Origin: an uncultured candidatus Porisulfidus sp.
Lineage (GTDB): Bacteria > Pseudomonadota > Gammaproteobacteria > Poriferisulfidales > Oxydemutatoraceae
Direction of reading: 5' to 3'
DNA length: 64,000 nt
Assembly: GCA_965215125.1 (NCBI GenBank)
Contig: OZ244052.1
Coordinates: 2,048,001 to 2,112,000 of the forward strand
Shown here: in pieces, positions 20,551-32,687 of the stretch
Position numbering within the stretch: position 1 is the stretch's first letter
Layout: each line of letters starts with the position of its first letter
Notes under the pieces: model-generated
What the model was told of the DNA's origin: nothing
Database searches by the model: none
Seen by the model: only the letters and a program-made list of their open reading frames with translations
Translations under genes and position numbers: made by a program

Positions 20551-20762
20551 ATGATGTGGACATTAATAATCTCCGGTTAAAAGTAATTCTAAAGGGGCAT
20601 ATAAAAACCGTCAAATTTTCATATACCGTTACTGCAATATGGTATAACCCTATATCAGTAGCATATTTTAATGTCAAGCAGAATATGGATTAAATAGCCA
20701 TATGCCCGACGAACGGTATAGCAACCTGAGCCAAGTATCGGACCATATCCGTAGAGGGGGTA

Positions 20763-21512
20763 TCATGATTTGGCGGATAAATACGACAATCGGTGGAGCG
20801 TGGTGTTATCGTTCGTGACTTCCAACACGCTACCTTGTTCGTACCAATCGCCCAGCACCAGCCGTTGCGTCGCTCTGCCGTCCAACATGAAATCGTGTAT
20901 GGCCGGACGATGCACATGCCCGTGTATGAGTCGTCGGACGCGGTAGTGTCGCATCGTTGCATTTACGGTATCGGTGTTGACATCCATAATCGCTTCCGCT
21001 TTTTTGGCGGTGGCGTTTTCGCTTGTAGAAATTAATCGCTTGACGAAGGATTGCCGCCATCTCAGCGGCATTGCTTTCCAAAGTTTTTGCAGTGTGCGGT
21101 TGCGAACCACAACCCTATATCTTTGATAAGCCACATCGTCGGTACACAGTTGGTCGCCGTGCATCAATAGGGTTTCGCAACCTTCTATATCGACTACGAC
21201 GGCATCTTGTGCCGGGTGCTCGCCGGCAAATCGGCAATGCGTGCGGCGGCTAAACTCTTCACCGATTAAGAAATCGTGGTTGCCGTGCATGAAATAGAGC
21301 GGTTTTTTGTCTGCGTACTTTCGTAGTGCCACGAAGACCGCCTCCAAGCCTATCGCCGGGTCGTCGTCGCCCAGCCATTGATCGAATAAATCGCCGAGTA
21401 TATAAAGTTGTTGTGCGGCTTGCGCGCGGTTCTCTAGGAAATTACAGAAAAGTTCGACAATTTGCGGTCGCTTCGGACTGAGATGACAATCTGCAATGAA
21501 TAGCGTTGTCAT
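20763..21512 (-). CDS. lpxH: UDP-2,3-diacylglucosamine hydrolase
   Basis: FIADCH, GDLFD.W.GDD, HGNHDF, HGD.LCTDD..YQ, HGHVHRP, LGDW. Confidence 0.93.
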   Translation of the reverse strand: MTTLFIADCHLSPKRPQIVELFCNFLENRAQAAQQLYILGDLFDQWLGDDDPAIGLEAVFVALRKYADKKPLYFMHGNHDFLIGEEFSRRTHCRFAGEHPAQDAVVVDIEGCETLLMHGDQLCTDDVAYQRYRVVVRNRTLQKLWKAMPLRWRQSFVKRLISTSENATAKKAEAIMDVNTDTVNATMRHYRVRRLIHGHVHRPAIHDFMLDGRATQRLVLGDWYEQGSVLEVTNDNTTLHRLSYLSAKS

Positions 21513-22129
21513 CCATTCTCTAGGGTCGCCTTTGTAATGGTAATCGTCTGCATCGGGACATCTTGATGACCTTGTTTTGGACCGGTTTTGACCGTTGCGA
21601 TTTTATCCACTACTTCCATACCCGAGATCACTTTACCGAAGACACAATATCCCCAGCCTTGCATGCTCTTATCTCTAAAATTAAGAAAGTCGTTATTTTT
21701 GAGGTTGATGAAAAATTGCGAACTTGCCGAGTCCGGGTCGGGGGTGCGCGCCATCGCAATAGTGCCGCGGTCGTTTTTCAAACCGTTGTCGGCTTCGTTT
21801 TTAATGTCGGGATGGGTTTGTTTTTGGTTCATATCTTCGGTAAAACCACCGCCTTGTATCATAAAGTTGGGTATCACCCGATGAAAGATAGTACCGTCGT
21901 AAAAACCCTCGTTGACATATCTCAGAAAATTTTCTGCGGTAATCGGTGCTTTATCGCCATTGAGTTCAATTTTGATATCGCCTTCGTTGGTTTTTAATGT
22001 AACGATTGCATTTTCGGTGTTGGTATTCATTGATTTATTATCCTTGTCTTCGGTTTGTGAAGGCTTGCACGCAACGATTGCAAGACAAGCCACTAGCACA
22101 ATGCTATGTGTTAAATATTTTTTGGTCAT
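21509..22129 (-). CDS. ppiB: Cyclophilin-type peptidyl-prolyl isomerase, possible lipoprotein signal
   Basis: [36 protein letters not shown]; start MTKKY (22129) with LAIVAC lipobox. Confidence 0.9.
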   Translation of the reverse strand: MTKKYLTHSIVLVACLAIVACKPSQTEDKDNKSMNTNTENAIVTLKTNEGDIKIELNGDKAPITAENFLRYVNEGFYDGTIFHRVIPNFMIQGGGFTEDMNQKQTHPDIKNEADNGLKNDRGTIAMARTPDPDSASSQFFINLKNNDFLNFRDKSMQGWGYCVFGKVISGMEVVDKIATVKTGPKQGHQDVPMQTITITKATLENG

Positions 22130-22267
22130 CGTAGTAATTTTATTCGGTATAGTTAAAACGCATATTCTAGCATATTCGGTAATCATTTCTATGCGCAGTG
22201 CCGCTACCAATCCATCCATCGATGATACCGAAGATATTTGCAATCTACCGTAAGGCCGTTGCGCTAT

Positions 22268-23494
22268 TCAAAGATAGCATATCGGGATGGCATCTATCCG
22301 ATGATTGAGCGGTATGTCTTTGCTCTTCAAACATAGGACGGCACCGTGTCCTATCTTTTTGCCCAATTTGCTAAGAACCGAAAATCTTTTTGCGGAGAAT
22401 TTAGTAAAAGTCGCTGTTTTTTTGATTTCTACGGGATAAAGCGTATCGTCTAGTTCTATAATTAGATCTATTTCTTTTTGATCGGTATCTCTGTAATAGT
22501 ACATATAAGGTGTTTTTCCGTTGTGCCAGTAACTTTTTAATATTTCCGCCACGACATAACTTTCCAGCATAGCACCGGACATAGCACCGGCTTCCAAGGA
22601 CCGAGGCGACGACCACTGCGTAATATAGCTACACAAACCGGTGTCTAGAAAATAGATTTTAGGAGTTTTGAGCAGGCGTTTGCTCACATTATTATGATAC
22701 GGATGGAGTAGATAGATCAGCCCCGAAGCCTCCAGCACGGACAACCAAGATTTAGCTGTTTTATAATCAATATCGGCATCTCGTGAAATATCGGCATAGT
22801 TGAGCAGTTGCCCGGTTCTTGCCGCGATTGTCCTAATAAATCTAAGAAAGGCATTGTTGTTTTTGATATTAAGCATATCTTTAACATCTCTTTGTATATA
22901 AGTCTGTAAGTAAGAACTATAAAATATATCGTGAGGTATATTTTTGCCTAAAATGTATCCGGGATAGGAACCTTGCCAAATTTCCTTGTAAACGGTCATA
23001 AGGTTTTTAGTTCTTCCGATATTTTTTCTCGCTTGTTTGATCCATTGAGCCGTAGGAACAAAAGGTTTGATTTGCAGAGATCTGTTGTCTCTTTCGCCTT
23101 GAGAGAAGCCCAGCATATTAATAATGGCAACGCGTCCGGCGAGGCTTTCGCTAACATGGTCCATCAGATGGAATTTTTGAGAGCCGGTTAGCCAAAATAT
23201 ACCTGGTTTTTTATATTCGTCAACATAGATTTTGATATGACTAAAAAGTTCGGGTGCATATTGGACTTCGTCTATGAGCAGAGGAGGCGGGTGTTTCTGG
23301 AGAAAAAGCTCGGGTTCTTTCCGAGCCAGATATCTTTGATCTCCGTCATCTAATGTAACATAGGATCTTTGGGAATTGCACAAAGATTTAAGCAAAGTTG
23401 TTTTTCCGACTTGCCTAGGACCAGTTAGCAATAGGACAGGAAATCCTTTTGTAATAAGGGTTATTGTCTTTTTTAGAGTACGTTCTTTAATCAT
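22268..23494 (-). CDS. AAA_14/DUF4143 ATP-binding protein
   Basis: GPRQVGKTT, IDEVQYAP, LTGSQ, KTPKIYFLDTGL, EIDL...YPVEIK. Confidence 0.9.
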   Translation of the reverse strand: MIKERTLKKTITLITKGFPVLLLTGPRQVGKTTLLKSLCNSQRSYVTLDDGDQRYLARKEPELFLQKHPPPLLIDEVQYAPELFSHIKIYVDEYKKPGIFWLTGSQKFHLMDHVSESLAGRVAIINMLGFSQGERDNRSLQIKPFVPTAQWIKQARKNIGRTKNLMTVYKEIWQGSYPGYILGKNIPHDIFYSSYLQTYIQRDVKDMLNIKNNNAFLRFIRTIAARTGQLLNYADISRDADIDYKTAKSWLSVLEASGLIYLLHPYHNNVSKRLLKTPKIYFLDTGLCSYITQWSSPRSLEAGAMSGAMLESYVVAEILKSYWHNGKTPYMYYYRDTDQKEIDLIIELDDTLYPVEIKKTATFTKFSAKRFSVLSKLGKKIGHGAVLCLKSKDIPLNHRIDAIPICYL

Positions 23495-23559
23495 ATCTAT
23501 TTCGTTTAATTAGGTAGTATACTCCCATATTAAACGAAAGGCAATTAAGCCGATAGAGC

Positions 23560-23790
23560 AATCGGCTGTTCTGTTGCGCCTGCCACCCCTCCGAAGGAGA
23601 GGAATGGACCACCCCAGCGAAAGGCTTTACATTTTGTAATATGTATCAAGACTCTGCACAGCGTTATGCCGATTAACCTACTGGCTTAATCGGCGGTTCT
23701 ATTACGCCTGCCACCTCTCCACAGGAAGGGAATGTACCGTCCTACAGTTCGTGGATACTTTTTCAACGGCCCGGCGTATCTGTACAGGTA
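23560..23790. repeat. Composite repeat cluster (two inverted A modules, B module, right TIR)
   Basis: gcctgccacccctcc.., gccgattaacctactggcttaatcggcggttctatt, atactttttcaacggccc. Confidence 0.8.
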
Positions 23791-23800
23791 TCATATAAAC

Positions 23801-24613
23801 CTAAATGCGCGCCATCGTATACCGAAAATGTTCGGTAATGTCTTTTAGACAATAAATATCATCAAAGCCTGCATCCTGCATTAGGTGTCCCACCGTTTCG
23901 GCTTGTTTGCAACCGTGTTCTACGAGTAGCGTGCCGTGCTTATGAAGATGCTTCTCGGCACTCGCTATAATCGCACTCAACTCGGCAATGCCGTTGTCTT
24001 CGGCATATAATGCAAGACCGGGCTCTGCTGCGATTGCGCCTTGGTCTGTCTCGCTATCGTCGGATGCAATATAAGGCGGGTTGGCGATAATCCAATCAAA
24101 ACATCCGTTTATATTTTGATACCAGTCACTCTGTACAAAAGTTATATCGCACCGATGCCGTTGTGCATTGCTTCGCGCAACATCCAACGCACTCGAGGAT
24201 ATATCGCTTGCTACGATTTGTAAATCGGGGCGGTGGCGAGCGATTGCAACTGCGATATTGCCACACCCGGTACCCAGATCCAGCAACCGTGCATCAAACG
24301 GCATAGAATTAATCGCACATTCAACTGCGATCTCCGTTTCCGGGCGCGGTATCAACACAGCCTCGTTGACTAGGAAATCTAAACCGTAGAATTCTTGATA
24401 ACCCTTTAAGTAGGCCAAAGGGTTGCCGTTTTTCCGTTTGTCCGCAAGCTGTCTCAAACGCTTACTTTGGGTAGGGTTGAGTTGATATTCGGGGTGTGCG
24501 TAAAGCCATGCGCGATCTTTGCCTAAAGCATGGCTCAGCAGGTAATCGCTCTCGCCGGAGTTGTCGCCAAGCATTGCTTGTGCATAGTGTCGTGCGGTTC
24601 GTACGTCCATCAT
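23801..24613 (-). CDS. prmC: Release factor glutamine methyltransferase
   Basis: [25 protein letters not shown]. Confidence 0.95.
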   Translation of the reverse strand: MMDVRTARHYAQAMLGDNSGESDYLLSHALGKDRAWLYAHPEYQLNPTQSKRLRQLADKRKNGNPLAYLKGYQEFYGLDFLVNEAVLIPRPETEIAVECAINSMPFDARLLDLGTGCGNIAVAIARHRPDLQIVASDISSSALDVARSNAQRHRCDITFVQSDWYQNINGCFDWIIANPPYIASDDSETDQGAIAAEPGLALYAEDNGIAELSAIIASAEKHLHKHGTLLVEHGCKQAETVGHLMQDAGFDDIYCLKDITEHFRYTMARI

Positions 24614-25695
24614 TCCCTACTGAGTGCGATTAGCAAATCGGCATGGTTTTCGTTGACCAGTGGTGTGATTAGCATATCCAAGTCGCCTTCCAGTAATTGC
24701 GGTAACTGGTAGAGTGTCAAGGCAATGCGGTGGTCGGTGACCCGACCTTGCGGAAAATTGTAGGTACGGATGCGTTCGGAGCGATCGCCGCTACCGACCA
24801 AATTGCGACGGTTCTCGGCGTGTTCTTGCTCCTGCTTACGCCGCTCTGCGTCTAGGAGCTTGGCTTGCAATAAAGAGATCGCACGCATTTTATTTTTATG
24901 CTGCGAGCGTTCGTCCTGACATTCAACGACGATGCCGCTAGGTTGATGGGTGAGGCGGATTGCCGAATCGGTTTTATTGACATGCTGCCCGCCGGCTCCG
25001 GATGCCCTGAAGGTATCAATGCGTACTTCGCTCATATCAATCTCTATGTGATCTATTTCTTGTGCTTCGGGCATCACTGCGACGGTTGCCGCCGAAGTAT
25101 GGATGCGTCCTTGCGATTCGGTTTCCGGTACGCGCTGCACGCGATGTGCGCCCGACTCGAATTTAAGGCGAGAATAAACCGCGTCGCCTTTGATTTTGGA
25201 GATAATTTCCTTGAATCCTCCGTGATCTCCCTCGTTGACATTTAATACCTCTATCTGCCATCGCTTTTTTTCCACATAACGACTGTACATCCGAAATAGG
25301 TCGCCGGCGAAAATAGCAGCTTCGTCACCACCGGTGCCGGCTCGAATTTCTAAAAATATATTCGCTTGGTCGTGTGGGTCTTCGGGGATTAGTAACTGTA
25401 CCAACTCGTGTTCCAGTGTTGTTTGCCGTTGTTGCAAATCTTTGATTTCCTCCTGTGCGACAACGCGTAGCGCATCGTCCGGTTCGCCTAATAGCTCTTC
25501 GGCTTCACCGATTTTATCGTTGCAGTCGCAGTATGCCTTATAGTGTTTAACGATCGCATCCAAGTGTGCGTATTCTTGCCCGAGCTTTTTGTACCGTGCT
25601 TGATCTTGTATGATCTCGGGGTCCGCTAATCGCGAGGCTATTTGCCGATGATGCTCGGATGCCGCATCTAGCTTTTTGAGTATTGAAGGTTTCAT
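24610..25695 (-). CDS. prfA: Peptide chain release factor 1
   Basis: [20 protein letters not shown]. Confidence 0.98.
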   Translation of the reverse strand: MKPSILKKLDAASEHHRQIASRLADPEIIQDQARYKKLGQEYAHLDAIVKHYKAYCDCNDKIGEAEELLGEPDDALRVVAQEEIKDLQQRQTTLEHELVQLLIPEDPHDQANIFLEIRAGTGGDEAAIFAGDLFRMYSRYVEKKRWQIEVLNVNEGDHGGFKEIISKIKGDAVYSRLKFESGAHRVQRVPETESQGRIHTSAATVAVMPEAQEIDHIEIDMSEVRIDTFRASGAGGQHVNKTDSAIRLTHQPSGIVVECQDERSQHKNKMRAISLLQAKLLDAERRKQEQEHAENRRNLVGSGDRSERIRTYNFPQGRVTDHRIALTLYQLPQLLEGDLDMLITPLVNENHADLLIALSRE

Positions 25696-26957
25696 TGATC
25701 TATGCTTGGGTTATTGTACAATCGGGTCGCAGCGCGGATTAAATCCGCATCGCCGCTTGTGGCAGCTTTATTGAGCGTTTCAATTGTGCGGTGCATCAGT
25801 TTAGCGGTTAGTGTATGTTTTAGATATTCTAAGGCTTCTGTGGGATCTTTGCCTTGTTCAATCAGCGCAAGGGACTTTTGATATACTTCGGCACTTTGTT
25901 CGTTGGCTTCCGCCTTGAGTTTTGTAATCATCCGTGCTACTTGTCTGGTATTCAACCATTTCATAAAGTTTTGAATCTCGTATTCGATAATTTTTTGTGC
26001 TTCGCCGACATTGCTTATGCGATGGTGTTTGTTGATATCTACGATTCGAGTTATGTTTTCCAGCGTATAAAGATAAACATTTTCTATGTCTGCAACCGCA
26101 GATTCTATATCCCGAGGCAACGCCAGGTCAACGATGCACAAAGGGTTTTGTTTGCGCTGCTTCAGTGCTTGCTCAATTGCCGCTGTCCCGAGTATTGCAT
26201 CCTTGCTCGCCGTGCAACTAATAATTAAGTCAAAGTGGTGAAGCGACTCGGAAATTTCGTTAAAGGGGAGGGTATCGGCATCCAGCTGTGATGCCAGTTT
26301 TTCGGCATTTTGCGGTGAGCGACTAGCGATAGTCAAAGTGCCGATGTCTTGGCTTTTGAGCTGCAAGGCGGTCGCTTTTATCATGTCGCCGGAACCGATC
26401 ATCAAGGCGTGGCGCGAGGACAGTTTTGCAAAGATTTTTTGAGACACCGCAACCGCAATAGAAGGATACGAGGTCTTATATTGCCCCAAAGCCGTCTCGC
26501 TGCGTACTCGCTTGGCGGTGTACAAAGCGCATTCAAATAACTTGTTCAATACGGTATTGGTGCGGTTGTTCGATAATGCAGTTTGATACGCCGTTTTAAC
26601 CTGCCCTAAGACTTGCGGTTCGCCGATAATTTCCGATTTAAGACTGCCGGCAACTTCAAATAAATGACGCACTGCAGCGACATCGCCGAATTGAAAAAAA
26701 TACTCTGCATTATCGGTGTAACCGATGCCTCCTAGAGTGCATAACCATTTTATAAGCTGCTCCGCTTGAATATCGTCCGACATCTCTACATAAAGTTCGC
26801 AACGGTTACAGGTAGAAAGTATCACACCGTACTTGATGTGCAGCTGTTTCTCAAGTTCGGACAGTGCACCGTGAATGGAGTCCGCCGGCAAACTTAATTG
26901 CTCGCGAATTGCAAACGGAGCCGTATGATGATTGAGACCGACGACAGCTAAACTCAT
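25692..26957 (-). CDS. hemA: Glutamyl-tRNA reductase
   Basis: [37 protein letters not shown]. Confidence 0.96.
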   Translation of the reverse strand: MSLAVVGLNHHTAPFAIREQLSLPADSIHGALSELEKQLHIKYGVILSTCNRCELYVEMSDDIQAEQLIKWLCTLGGIGYTDNAEYFFQFGDVAAVRHLFEVAGSLKSEIIGEPQVLGQVKTAYQTALSNNRTNTVLNKLFECALYTAKRVRSETALGQYKTSYPSIAVAVSQKIFAKLSSRHALMIGSGDMIKATALQLKSQDIGTLTIASRSPQNAEKLASQLDADTLPFNEISESLHHFDLIISCTASKDAILGTAAIEQALKQRKQNPLCIVDLALPRDIESAVADIENVYLYTLENITRIVDINKHHRISNVGEAQKIIEYEIQNFMKWLNTRQVARMITKLKAEANEQSAEVYQKSLALIEQGKDPTEALEYLKHTLTAKLMHRTIETLNKAATSGDADLIRAATRLYNNPSIDQ

Positions 26958-27034
26958 TACTCTATATACTTAAAGGATACGATTATGGATGCGTAAGGCG
27001 TAGTTTAGCAGATATACGATAGTCTCTGTACTTT

Positions 27035-27255
27035 AGGCGGACCATTCCCCTCCTGTGGAGGGGTGGCAGGCGTAATAGAATCACCACTTGTTGCAGTAGC
27101 ACAAGTGGTGTCACTTTGTGCAGAACCTTAATGCATAGTACAAAATGTAAAGCCTTTCCACTGGGTGGTTGTGTCGTATCTGCACTATTTATAAATCCAT
27201 CTATCCAATTTATGGAAATCAAAACCATACGACGCAAGCGGTTGCGGTTCTTCTG
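27035..27255. repeat. Composite repeat cluster (A, inverted partial B, D)
   Basis: attcccctcctgtggaggggtggcaggcg...ttgtgcagaacct...gtgtcgtatctgcactatttataaatccatctatccaatttatggaaatcaaaaccatacgacgcaagcggtt. Confidence 0.8.
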
Positions 27256-27344
27256 ATAGGAGATCACAAGAGTCGTACACTACCTTGCTTTATTTTGGAT
27301 AATATGGAAAATATAGTTTTTCTACTAAACACGGAGAAATAACT

Positions 27345-27575
27345 ATGTCGGAATTTGATCAAGAATTAGATACTTGTGGCTTGAATTGTCCTTTGCCGAT
27401 ATTGCATGCTAAAAAGACTTTGGCGAAGATGGAACAAGGCCAGGTTTTGCATATCATTTCAACCGACGCAGGTTCGGTTAAAGATTTTGAAGCGTTTTCA
27501 AAGCAAACCGGGAACGAGTTGCTCGAATCTAAAGAAGAGGGCGGTAAATTTTACTTTTTAATGAAAAAAGCATGA
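27345..27575 (+). CDS. tusA: Sulfur carrier TusA family protein
   Basis: LDTCGLNCPLPIL, TDAGSVKDF. Confidence 0.9.
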   Translation: MSEFDQELDTCGLNCPLPILHAKKTLAKMEQGQVLHIISTDAGSVKDFEAFSKQTGNELLESKEEGGKFYFLMKKA

Positions 27576-27615
27576 TAATTGATTTATCGGGGTGTTTGAT
27601 TCTGATGCGATGTGA

Positions 27616-28140
27616 GTGTGCATGAGCACCTCGCACAAGCATATATTTTCTATTTTGCTGGCTAACGAATCGGGCGTGTTGACGCGTGCCTCGGGGCTTT
27701 TTTCGGCACGCGGATACAATATAGAATCGCTGACCGTAGCACCGACCGTCGACGAGTCATTATCGCGCATGACGATCGTTACAACCGGCGAAGACAAAGT
27801 TGCCGAACAAATCGTCAAGCAGTTGTATAAACTGGTGGATGTGATAGAGGTATCGGATTTAGCCGGTGAGAAGCATGTGCAGAGAGAAATGCTGTTGGCT
27901 AAGGTCGCACACGATGGTAGCGAGCAAAGCATACAAGCTATTCATAAACTGGCGCACGATCACGATGCCGAGATTATAGAATGTTTGGATACCTACTGCA
28001 TGATACAAATGATGGCGTTTGATGCAAAGATAGATCGTTTCATAAAAGCAATCGAAGCGCATCGGAATGTTCTGGAGATTGTGAGATCCGGAGTGATTAC
28101 TCTGAGTAGAAGTGAACAGATATTAGGAGACAAAAAATGA
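27616..28140 (+). CDS. ilvH: Acetolactate synthase small subunit
   Basis: NESGVLTR..GLFSARGYNIESLTV, QL.KLVDVI, REMLL.KV, EIVRSG. Confidence 0.92.
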   Translation: MCMSTSHKHIFSILLANESGVLTRASGLFSARGYNIESLTVAPTVDESLSRMTIVTTGEDKVAEQIVKQLYKLVDVIEVSDLAGEKHVQREMLLAKVAHDGSEQSIQAIHKLAHDHDAEIIECLDTYCMIQMMAFDAKIDRFIKAIEAHRNVLEIVRSGVITLSRSEQILGDKK

Positions 28141-28979
28141 ACCGGATCAATGACAATATAAGAACACCACCTATTAAAATCCAGGGTATAAAAACAAAAG
28201 CACTACCCTATATAAAACAAAATATTGACTGGGATGGGAGAGGGCTATGGATAGAACCATTCCTTGGTTCGGCTGTTGTGCTACTCAATATAGAGCCGAA
28301 TAAAGCCGTGGTTGGAGATTCAAATCCTCATATTATTAAGTTGTACAAATCTATTCAGAATGGTACTCTTAATCACGACTCGGTACGACACCATCTTGAA
28401 CGAGAGGGGGATAGACTTTCTCGTCTAGGCGAGGACTGCTACTACGAAATAAGAAATCGATTCAATAAAAATAGCGACCCGCATGATTTTCTTTTCTTAA
28501 ATCGCTCTTGTTTTAATGGCTTAATGAGATTCAATAAATCCGGGGGCTTCAATACACCGTTTTGCCGTAAACCTGAAAGGTTCGCGCCTGCATATATTAC
28601 CAAGATTTGTAATCAAGTCGGATGGGCATCGGAAAAGATTAAAGGAAAAAATTGGGAGTTTATGTGTTCAGACTGGTCTGAATTGTTGTCAAATACCGAC
28701 CCTAATGATTTTGTTTATGCAGACCCCCCATACGCAGGCAGATATAACGACTATTTCAATTCATGGAGCAAGGATGATGCATTTGAATTTGAAGAGACAC
28801 TAAAGTCTCTACCGTGCAGATTTCTATATTCCATGTGGTCGGAGAATAAATATAGAAGAAATGATCAGCTTTATAATCAATTTTCAGACTACGAGATAAA
28901 GACTTTTTCGCACTTTTATCATCTTGGTTCATCCGAGGATTTAAGACACTCTATAACCGAAGCATTGGTGGTCGGATGA
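28137..28979 (+). CDS. Dam/D12-class adenine methyltransferase, M.EcoRV-like
   Basis: PPIKIQGIKTK, EPFLGS, FLFLNRSCFNG..RFN..GGFN.PFC.KP.RFA.AYITKI, DPPY, HFYH.G; closely resembles M.EcoRV as recalled. Confidence 0.9.
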   Translation: MNRINDNIRTPPIKIQGIKTKALPYIKQNIDWDGRGLWIEPFLGSAVVLLNIEPNKAVVGDSNPHIIKLYKSIQNGTLNHDSVRHHLEREGDRLSRLGEDCYYEIRNRFNKNSDPHDFLFLNRSCFNGLMRFNKSGGFNTPFCRKPERFAPAYITKICNQVGWASEKIKGKNWEFMCSDWSELLSNTDPNDFVYADPPYAGRYNDYFNSWSKDDAFEFEETLKSLPCRFLYSMWSENKYRRNDQLYNQFSDYEIKTFSHFYHLGSSEDLRHSITEALVVG

Positions 28980-29176
28980 AGGATTTTATTCTACGCACCT
29001 TAGCACAAATGAAGAACGGGTACAGTTTCTGTGGAGTTATAGACCGAAAAGGAAGAGTTTATCCACTGGGTTCTGATACAAAGGTGATTAGCTCTCTGTT
29101 TGAGATAGTGACCCGTCAGGCTGTGATAAAGTACGCAGCCAGTTCAGGATTACAACTAAAAGAACCGCTATATGCG

Positions 29177-29185
<9 letters not shown>
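28976..29185 (+). pseudogene. Truncated EcoRV-like restriction endonuclease (N-terminal ~64 aa)
   Basis: CGVIDRKGRVYPLGSDTKVISSLFE resembles EcoRV CGIISAEGKIYPLGSDTKVLSTIFE; ends before the catalytic PD...D.K residues. Confidence 0.85.
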
Positions 29186-30391
<1,206 letters not shown>

Positions 30392-30397
30392 GCGACA

Positions 30398-31180
30398 ATG
30401 CAACAAGTTAAAGGCAAGGCACTAAAGAAAGGCATATTCTTATTGCCTAGTTTGGTTACCATAGCTTCCTTGTTTAGTGGTGTGTATGCAATGATCATGG
30501 CATATGCAGGGGACTACGAGCGCGCGGCGATTTTCGGTTTGCTTTGCGTTCTGCTCGACGGCATAGACGGCAATGTCGCACGGCTGACCCATACCGTGAG
30601 TCGTTTCGGTGCCGAACTCGATAGTCTGACCGATGTCGTTGTATTCGGGTGTATTCCGGCACTGATTATTTATCAATGGTCGTTAATCCATATTAGCGAG
30701 ACCGGCTGGTTGCTCGCTAAAATAGGCTGGCTGGTGGTCTTTTTTTATATTGCCATGACGGTAATAAGATTAGCGCGTTTCAACTCTCAGCAAGATACCC
30801 TGAAGAAATATTTTAGAGGCATGCCGTGCCCTGCAGCGGCAACCTTATTAATGAGCTTCGTATGGGTATGGGAAGACATGGGTTATAGCGGTATCGAAGC
30901 CATAGGTCTAAGCTGTGTAATTTTGCTTTTAAGCGGTATCGCGATGATTAGCAACCTGAGCTACTACAGCATCAAGCAAATAGAGATCAGCAGGGTGTCT
31001 TTGACCGGTATATTGGCAGCGGTAAGCCTGCTGATTATAGTCTCTTTGGACATTCCCAAGGTTATCCTTTTTCTATCGCTATTATATTTATTTTCGGGAC
31101 CTTCTTTGTGGTTATCCAGACTATTCAAGAGACGCATTTCGTATAAGCGCACACTGCCATCCACTCGCATAGGCAAATAA
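30398..31180 (+). CDS. pssA: CDP-diacylglycerol--serine O-phosphatidyltransferase
   Basis: DGIDG.VAR....SRFGAELDSL.D, RLARFN, F.GMP.PAAA; follows ilvC. Confidence 0.9.
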   Translation: MQQVKGKALKKGIFLLPSLVTIASLFSGVYAMIMAYAGDYERAAIFGLLCVLLDGIDGNVARLTHTVSRFGAELDSLTDVVVFGCIPALIIYQWSLIHISETGWLLAKIGWLVVFFYIAMTVIRLARFNSQQDTLKKYFRGMPCPAAATLLMSFVWVWEDMGYSGIEAIGLSCVILLLSGIAMISNLSYYSIKQIEISRVSLTGILAAVSLLIIVSLDIPKVILFLSLLYLFSGPSLWLSRLFKRRISYKRTLPSTRIGK

Positions 31181-31198
31181 TACTGTGGGAGAAGGAAA

Positions 31199-31642
31199 AT
31201 GAAGGCTAAAGGATATCACTATACCGAATGTGGATTAAAAAACGTATATATTGAAGGCTTAGCCGTTGTCAATGACAATGATGAAGAGGTAATTCAAATT
31301 CCGAATATACAGGAATTGCATTGGTTGATTGCCAAAGATATCTTGGAATCCAAATCTATGAATGGAGATGAAATAAGATTTCTAAGAACAGAAATGGGTT
31401 ACACTCCCGAGGAGTTTTCAAAGCAGTTAAATATAGCTTTAAGAACGCTGAAGTCTATGGAAAACGGCAAGACCAAAATCAAAGAGGATATAGGCCTGAA
31501 ACTGAGACAGTTAGGTTTCTCAATGTTAATAGTACCTAAATGCCATTTATATAACACCGGTGTACAGAAGAAAACCAGGCGTATAGAAGCTATCCAATCT
31601 GCATCTAAATCTCCCACCTATAGGCTTCAGAAAATAGCATAA
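31199..31642 (+). CDS. XRE-type HTH protein (HigA/MqsA-like antitoxin-type regulator)
   Basis: YHYTECGL.NVYI.G N-terminus; GDEIRFLRTEMG.T..EF...L......ENG HTH. Confidence 0.75.
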   Translation: MKAKGYHYTECGLKNVYIEGLAVVNDNDEEVIQIPNIQELHWLIAKDILESKSMNGDEIRFLRTEMGYTPEEFSKQLNIALRTLKSMENGKTKIKEDIGLKLRQLGFSMLIVPKCHLYNTGVQKKTRRIEAIQSASKSPTYRLQKIA

Positions 31643-31735
31643 GAGGGGCTGCTGAAAAAGTATTTTGCACCGTAGGGACGGACTATTCCCCTCCTCGTAG
31701 AGGTGGCAGGCGTTAGCCTGACGGGGTGGTCGCAG
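31643..31735 (+). repeat. Left TIR plus module A
   Basis: gaggggctgctgaaaaagtatt...gtagggacggactattcccctcctcgtagaggtggcaggcgttagcctgacggggtggt. Confidence 0.8.
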
Positions 31736-31739
31736 AAGT

Positions 31740-31909
31740 GGGGCTGTTGAAAAAGTATTCCATAAAGTTGTAGGGGCGGACTTGCATGTCCGCCCGAAAC
31801 GTATCATGTTTGCACGATTAACGCGTTCACCCATTAATATTATGGAAACCATTATTTGTTAGCGCAAGCGGTTACGGTTGCACGCTGACGATACTTTTTC
31901 AACAGCCTC
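31740..31909. mobile_element. MITE-like element with 19-bp TIRs carrying a GTAG REP hairpin
   Basis: GGGGCTGTTGAAAAAGTAT ... ATACTTTTTCAACAGCCTC (18/19 match); internal gtaggggcggacttgcatgtccgccc; AGAAGT on both flanks. Confidence 0.75.
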
Positions 31910-31933
31910 AGAAGTTTCTGCACAAGTATAATT

Positions 31934-32100
31934 TGGTTTCGTTCAATAAAAGAGGCAAGAGAGATTATAGAAGCCTGGCGAATAGATTATAATGAAGTGC
32001 GTCCGCACAGCGCATTGGGTTATCAACCTCCGAGTGTATTTGCGGAGGCTATAGCATGAAAACTAACTTTGTAGATGGTAATAAAAATGGGGTAACGTCA
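31934..32100 (+). mobile_element. IS3-family right end (OrfB C-terminus plus IRR)
   Basis: WFRSIKEAREIIEAWRIDYNEVRPHSALGYQPP...* then aaactaactttgtagatggtaataaaaatggggtaacgtca ending in CA. Confidence 0.88.
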
Positions 32101-32224
32101 GTTCTATGATATCTGTCTTAGTTGCTACATTCTTTGAACTAGCAACATCGGCCACGGCCTCCTTTGCTTCGTCGTGCTTTAGTCCCAATTTAGTCAATGC
32201 GTTGTATAGTGCGATTTCTGACAT
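32101..32224 (-). pseudogene. Small DUF1640/CCDC90-like protein, truncated by the IS3 end
   Basis: MSEIALYNALTKLGLKHDEAKEAVADVASSKNVATKTDIIE, paralogous to 54770-54982; AGGAGT RBS; below ORF-track cutoff. Confidence 0.75.
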
Positions 32225-32299
32225 CTTCGTTTACTCCTATATTTATAGTGCCTGCTATTGTAGCCATTATAATTGAGAAATCGTAATCGTAAATAAATC

Positions 32300-32371
32300 C
32301 CCCAGTGTATCTGCGGAGGCAATAGCATGAAAACTAACTTTGCAGGTAATCCTAAAAATGGGATAAAGTCA
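32300..32371 (+). mobile_element. Second IS3 right-end fragment
   Basis: agtgtatctgcggaggcaatagcatgaaaactaactttgcaggtaatcctaaaaatgggataaagtca, similar to 32030-32100. Confidence 0.75.
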
Positions 32372-32530
32372 TCTGCACAAGTGCAGTGTTGGTACATTCC
32401 CTTCCTTTGGAGGGGTGGCCTATGCATTTTGCAATGCATGCGTTTAGCAGTCATGTTGAGGTTCTGAATAAAGTCACGCCGATTGACCTACCGGTTCAAT
32501 CGGCGGTTCTATTCAGCCTGACGGGGTGGT
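32372..32530 (+). repeat. Composite repeat: module B nested inside module A
   Basis: Near-identical to 40140-40280. Confidence 0.85.
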
Positions 32531-32687
32531 TTCCTATTCAAGGGAGAGGAGTAATCGACCTAAACACACTATTTCCCAACATTTCATATCGTTTATCGGA
32601 TATTTACTACTGTTCATCCGTTTGTCTAAAAACACCTCAAATATTCGCTCAAACTATGGGTTTTAACTAAAACTCATAGGAGATTTC

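Noticed and set aside
32194-32670. Similar small ORFs (MTAKRMHCKMHR...) at 32194-32454 and 39892-40203
   Set aside because: They are translations of the shared composite repeat, not genes.
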